From: a candidate division FCPU426 bacterium
GTDB lineage: Bacteria > Oederibacteriota > Muellerivitia > Muellerivitales > Muellerivitaceae
Reading direction: 5' to 3'
Assembly (NCBI GenBank): GCA_963847625.1
Contig: CAWKAR010000050.1
Span: 64,001 to 128,000, forward strand
Length of the DNA stretch: 64,000 nucleotides
Shown here: positions 59,116 through 64,000 of the stretch, in pieces
How positions within the stretch are numbered: the first letter of the stretch is position 1
Layout: every line of letters begins with the position of its first letter
Made by a program: the position numbers and the translations under genes
Notes under the pieces: model-generated
Told to the model about the DNA's origin: nothing
The model's database searches: none
What the model saw: the letters and a program-made list of their open reading frames with translations, nothing else

Positions 59116-60171
59116 GTGAAACAGTGGGGTTGGGACGAATATTTTGAGAACTTATGGAAGGAGTTGGCCCCGTCCGAGGGGATGGTTCCCGCGCGGGTCG
59201 TCGCCGAACACCGGGACCTGTATGGGCTCGTAACGCCGTATGGGGAACACTCGGCGCGCTTGTCGGGCCGTTTCCGGCATGAAACCAAGTTTCGTTCCGA
59301 GATGCCCGCGGTGGGCGATTGGGTGGCCGTTGAACTGGCGGATGGCGGCAGGCAGTTGGCCATCTACGCGGTCTTGCCGCGCAAGTCGAAATTCTCCCGG
59401 AAAGTGGCCGGCCGCCGGGTCGAGGAGCAGGTGGTCGCCGCCAATGTGGACACGGCTTTCCTGGTGACGGGGCTCGACGGCGATTTCAACCTCCGCCGCA
59501 TCGAGCGCTACCTGGTGCTTGAGCACGCGAGCGGCGCCGAACCCGTGATCGTCCTCACCAAATCCGACCTGCATCAGGATTACGCGCCTTTCGTCGCGGA
59601 GGTCGAAGCGATCGCGTCGGGCGCGCCGGTCCTGGCGCTCAGCAATGTGACCGGCGCCGGCTTCGCGAGAATGGAACAACACCTCATTCCGGGGCGCACG
59701 GTCACGCTCCTGGGTTCCTCGGGAGCGGGAAAATCCAGCATCATCAACCGGCTATTGGGCCACGAGAAACAGGCGGTGCTGCCAGTCCGGGTGAACGATT
59801 CGCGCGGTAGGCACGCCACCACGCACCGGGAGCTTTTCATGCTGCCCAATGGCGCCCTGATGATCGACAATCCCGGCATGCGGGAACTCCAATTGTGGGG
59901 GTCCGAGGGGCTGAGTGACGCTTTTCCCGATATAAGCGATTTGGCGGAAAAATGCGGGTTCAGCAATTGCCTTCATGAGAAGGAACCCGAATGCGCGGTC
60001 CGGGAGGCCCTGAAAATCGGAAAACTGCCGAAAGACCGTTACCTGGGTTATTTGAAGTTGAGGAAAGAACAGGCTTATGTCGAGCGGAGGACGGACAAGA
60101 AGGCCATGCAGGAACATAAGAAACATTGGAAGGATATGACCCGCCTAGCCAAGGACAACAAGCGTTTTTAA
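59116..60171 (+). CDS. rsgA: Ribosome small subunit-dependent GTPase A
   Basis: VGDWV, TKSD, GSSGAGKS, GRHATT, DNPG, CGFSNCLHEKEPEC. Confidence 0.95.
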   Translation: MKQWGWDEYFENLWKELAPSEGMVPARVVAEHRDLYGLVTPYGEHSARLSGRFRHETKFRSEMPAVGDWVAVELADGGRQLAIYAVLPRKSKFSRKVAGRRVEEQVVAANVDTAFLVTGLDGDFNLRRIERYLVLEHASGAEPVIVLTKSDLHQDYAPFVAEVEAIASGAPVLALSNVTGAGFARMEQHLIPGRTVTLLGSSGAGKSSIINRLLGHEKQAVLPVRVNDSRGRHATTHRELFMLPNGALMIDNPGMRELQLWGSEGLSDAFPDISDLAEKCGFSNCLHEKEPECAVREALKIGKLPKDRYLGYLKLRKEQAYVERRTDKKAMQEHKKHWKDMTRLAKDNKRF

Positions 60172-60281
60172 AAAAAACCGCTGAACCCGATTTTGATTAT
60201 GGTATTGAATACTGCAAAGGGAACCGAAGATTCCCGGCCAGGCTACACCCTGAGGCGCCCGGCGGACTTCGAGAGGTGCGC

Positions 60282-62756
60282 ATGAAAGTTTTTTGTTTTT
60301 TACCGGCCATGGCTTTGGTGGGTGCCGGTTTTACGGTTTGCGCGGCCCCCGCGGGCGTGCCACCAGCTCAAACACAGATGAGAAACGCCGAAAACACTGA
60401 AAAGCAGGTGGAACCCATGGTGAAAATGAAAGCTTTTCCTTTTAAGGTCGGGGATGTCCGGCTGTTGCCGGGGCCCTTCCAACACGCGCAGGAGATGGAC
60501 CGCCGGTACCTGCTTTCCCTCGACCCGGACCGCCTGCTGGCTCCCTTTTACGAGGCGGCGGGTTTAAAACCCAAAAAACCGCGTTACGGCGGGTGGGAAT
60601 CCAAGACGATCAGCGGTCATATCCTGGGGCACTGGCTTTCGGGCGCCTCACGGATGGCCGCCGTCACCGACGACGAGGAATTGAGGCGGCGGGTGGACTA
60701 CGCCGTTTCCGAGTTGTCCTCCTTGCAGGAAAAATCACCCGATGGATACGTTTGCGGTTTTGCGGAGACGCCGTTTCAAACGGTCTTTACGGGCGATTTC
60801 ACGGTGAACGATTATGAGCTGGCGGGTCATTGGGTGCCCTGGTACACCCTGCATAAGGTTCTGGCGGGGCTTTTGGACGCTTATGAAGTTTCCGGCAACC
60901 GCCAAGCCTTGGAAGTGGCGAAGAAGCTGGCCGACTGGGCCAAAAGGGGCACGGACCACCTGAACGAGAGACAATTCCAACGCATGCTTCGCTGTGAGCA
61001 CGGGGGAATGGCCGAAAGCCTCGCGGAGCTTTACTCGGTGACGGGGGAACGCCGGTATCTCGCCCTGGCCAAACGGTTCACCGACCGCCGCATCCTGGAC
61101 CCCCTCTCGAAGTCAAAAGACAAGCTGACCGGCCTTCACGCCAACACCCAGGTGCCCAAACTGGTCGGCGCGGCCCGGATTTACGAACTGACGGGGGACC
61201 GTTATTACCGGGACGCGGCAATGTTTTTTTGGAAGGAAGTCACCGGGAAGCGCTCCTACGTCTTCGGCGGAAACAGCATCGGGGAGCATTTTTCTCCCTT
61301 AGGTGCGGAACCCCTGGGGGCGACCACGGCGTAGACTTGCAATACGCACAACATGCTGCGCTTGACCAAGAAACTAATGGGCTGGTCCGAGGATTCCGCC
61401 CTGGCGGACTATTACGAACTCGCCCTCTATAACCATATCCTGGCCTCGCAGGACCCGGATACCGGCATGACCACGTACTTCTTTTCCACGAGGCCCGGCC
61501 ACTTCAAGGTCTATTGCACGCCCTTTGATTCCATGTGGTGCTGTACGGGAACGGGCATGGAGAATCCGGCCCGAACCACCGAGGCGGTTTATTTCCACAA
61601 TGACAGGACCCTCTGGGTGAACCTTTATCTGGCCTCCGAATTGCGATGGGACGACAAGGGCCTGGTCCTACGGCAGGAAACGTCCTTTCCGGAAGCCCCG
61701 GAAAGCCGGTTGAAGGTCGTGAAGGCCGGAGGGGAGGAATTGGAATTCAAGTTCCGCGTGCCGGCTTGGGCGGCCGAGCCCGTCGTGGTCAGCGTCAACG
61801 GCAAGCGGATGCAAGAAGGCAAGAAGCCCGGTTGGATCACGCTCAAGCGCCCCTGGAAAAAGGGCGATGTCGTGGAAATTTCCCTGCCGATGGGGTTCCA
61901 CCTGCGCCGGGCCCCCGACGATCCGGCCAAAATCGCCGTGCTGTACGGTCCCATCGTGCTGGCGGCGGAAGTCGGCCGGAAGGATTTCCCTTCGAGCGAC
62001 CAGTTCAAGGAACAGAACGATCCCAACGATTATCCGGCCCCCCTGGTTCCGGTGATGGTGAGCGCGGATGAAGACCCCGCTGCTTGGCTTAAGCCCCTGA
62101 AGGGAAAAAAGCACACGTTCAAGACGGCGGGGGTGGGCCGGCCCGCCGACGTGGAGTTGATCCCGCTCTACCGGTTGCACCACCAGCGCTATACGGTTTA
62201 CCTCCACCTGGTGACGCCGCAACAATGGGAAACAGAAAAAAGGTCTTGGGGCGGCGAGTCGGCGGCGCTGGCCTCGTGGATCGCGCCGCCGGCGGGTTCC
62301 CCCTCGGCCACCTGGCGCGTGCGCGCCGGCGGGGACGCCTACCGGGATAAGGACAGGAAACTATGGGCGGCGGAAAAGGGATTCCTGGGTGGAACCCCCA
62401 CCTACACCGACCGGCCCCTGGAGGGAATAAGGGACGCCGAACTTTACCGGGGTGAGCGCTGGGGCGCCGATTTCAGCTATGTCTTTCCGGTGCCGCCTGG
62501 CTCGTACCGCGTCCGGCTCAAGTTCATGGAAAACTACGTGAAGAAGCGTGGGGAACGGTTGTTCGACGTGTTTATCAACGGCCAAAAAAGGCTGGAGAAT
62601 TTCGACATTCTCGCCGAGGCGGGGGGCTTTGATAAGGCTGTCGACAGGGCTTTTAAGGGAATCGCGCCGGACTCCGACGGTTTGATCAAAATCAGGTTCG
62701 TTGGAAAAACGCAAAACGCGAAGGTCTGCGCCATCGAGGTGGTGAGGGGGCATTGA
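60282..62756 (+). pseudogene. GH127-like beta-L-arabinofuranosidase with C-terminal malectin domain, interrupted by an in-frame TAG at 61332-61334
   Basis: YGGWE, GHILGHWLS, PWYTLHK, EHGGM, HANTQVPK, then A*TCNTHNML, WCCTGTGMEN, YGPIVLA; malectin-like LY..ERWG..Y.VRLKF.E..RLFDVFING. Confidence 0.85.
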
Positions 62757-62826
62757 GGAAATGTTATGCTGGCGCTTTATTCGAATTGGGTAAGGAGCTT
62801 ATGAAAAAGCTAACACTGGGGGCCAT

Positions 62827-64000
62827 GTGAGTCCCGCTGGCCGTCCCTCACCCGGTCTCTCGGCCCCCCTTGGCGCCGACCAAGGCCTGCGCCTCACTAT
62901 CTATGTGCGCATTCACAACCTCTTTGCCACCTACTTGAACTTGAATTGTTTCTACGTGTCTGCCGAGAATCCCTCCAATTGGTTGCCCCTCTTCTACAGC
63001 AGCAACATTCTCCACAACCCCACCCACTACGAATCCCTCTTCGGTAAGAACCGGGACCGCCAACACTTCAACGCGATGAACTTTGAACGATTGCGGAAGG
63101 AACGGAAGACCTTCGCCGCGAAACACCGGGGTTTCTTCGACCTCTACACGCCGGTGGTCATGGAGGGGGCCTTCCTCGGCTTTCTCGCCACAGGGTCTTT
63201 CGTGAGGGATCCCTTTACGGAAGGCGAGATCGGCCGGCGATGGGCCGACCTGTCCGGGCGCCGCGCCGATGCGCCCGACCCGGACTTCCTGGGTTACGCG
63301 CGCATGGCACTCGATACGGTCGTGTTGTCCCCGTCCGTCCTGGAAGGGTTCAAGGAAGTGCTGGAAATGCTCGCGGACTTCCTTTGCGGCCGGGCGGACA
63401 AACGCATGGCGGAACGGCTGGAGGTCCTGCGCAAGGGATGCATTTCCCACGGTTTGCCCCATGCCAACTGGATGGACTTCATGTTGGGCTTGAACCAGTT
63501 CCACCCGCGGGTGACCTTGGACGGCGCCCCCAATTGGTGGGAAAGGGAAGAACTCGGGATTACGCGATACCCCACGACGGTCCTGGCCGTCACCCAACCG
63601 ACCCCGGCCCTGGAACGGTGGTCCACGTTGGGGTCCATGGCCGGCGCCACTCGGCTTCAGTGGGAAGCCCTTCGGGTGGCCCGCGAGTTCCCCGAGACAG
63701 TGGGCGGCCGGTTGGAGGATTATGGCGCGCTGTTCGTTACCTCGGTCTCGCCCTCGAAGGGGAAGGTTCAGGCCAAACTGGAGATCCATGATCGCATGGA
63801 GGCCATCCGCCAGCGCCTGGAGAGGCGAACCGGTTTGAAACTAGTGGCAGGGATCGGGTCCACCCTAGCGTCCGGAGTGAAACTCGTGGAATCCCGCCTG
63901 CAAGCCGTGCTGGCTATGAACCTCGCCGCCTCGACCGGCCGCTCCGCGGTCTTTTACGATGAAGATGCCGAAAAGATTCTGCGGGGTAGGGGCCGGGGCC
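62827..64000 (+). CDS. PocR-like sensor-domain transcriptional regulator (runs off the window end)
   Basis: Open frame from GTG 62827 to the window end; KHRGFFDLYTPVVMEGAFLGFLATG resembles a PocR motif, later VAGIG as in AraC/CdaR-type regulators; no HTH visible yet. Confidence 0.6.
   Translation, partial: MSPAGRPSPGLSAPLGADQGLRLTIYVRIHNLFATYLNLNCFYVSAENPSNWLPLFYSSNILHNPTHYESLFGKNRDRQHFNAMNFERLRKERKTFAAKHRGFFDLYTPVVMEGAFLGFLATGSFVRDPFTEGEIGRRWADLSGRRADAPDPDFLGYARMALDTVVLSPSVLEGFKEVLEMLADFLCGRADKRMAERLEVLRKGCISHGLPHANWMDFMLGLNQFHPRVTLDGAPNWWEREELGITRYPTTVLAVTQPTPALERWSTLGSMAGATRLQWEALRVAREFPETVGGRLEDYGALFVTSVSPSKGKVQAKLEIHDRMEAIRQRLERRTGLKLVAGIGSTLASGVKLVESRLQAVLAMNLAASTGRSAVFYDEDAEKILRGRGRG

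Noticed and set aside
61332..61334. Genome-wide TAG reassignment
   Set aside because: TAG terminates several complete genes in the window and no other in-frame TAG was noticed in conserved genes

Overview
Bacterial chromosomal window, mostly GC-rich with several AT-rich inserts. The organism is probably a diderm (outer-membrane beta-barrel protein), flagellated (flgE, sigma28-type promoter) anaerobe (hydG). Long Thr/Pro stalk proteins with FlgD-Ig/T9SS-like C-termini resemble those of uncultured lineages such as FCPU426 (tentative). Housekeeping-type genes: recQ, sixA, def, uppP, hydG, dnaJ, rsgA, an ABC-2 exporter and oxidoreductases. Accessory region (about 0.4-18.7 kb): a STAND/TPR protein, a complete passenger-carrying IS1595 (TIRs, 8-bp TSD, palindromic promoter), an AAA+/DUF2971/lipoprotein low-GC island, a PIN toxin-antitoxin module flanked by a 131-bp duplication of the recQ 3' end, and a 21/42-bp tandem-repeat field interrupted by IS256. 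Most striking: (i) three 76-80-bp double-hairpin mini-elements inserted into a REP-like repeat whose empty form lies 2.4 kb away; (ii) mucin-like secreted proteins with T9SS-like C-termini near a TMTC-like glycosyltransferase, a TPR-beta-barrel protein and a serpin; (iii) an amber stop exactly at the conserved ETC glutamate of a GH127-malectin enzyme, plus two other apparent single-base lesions. No rRNA, tRNA or CRISPR array was recognised. Product calls are from motif recognition by eye, not database searches.
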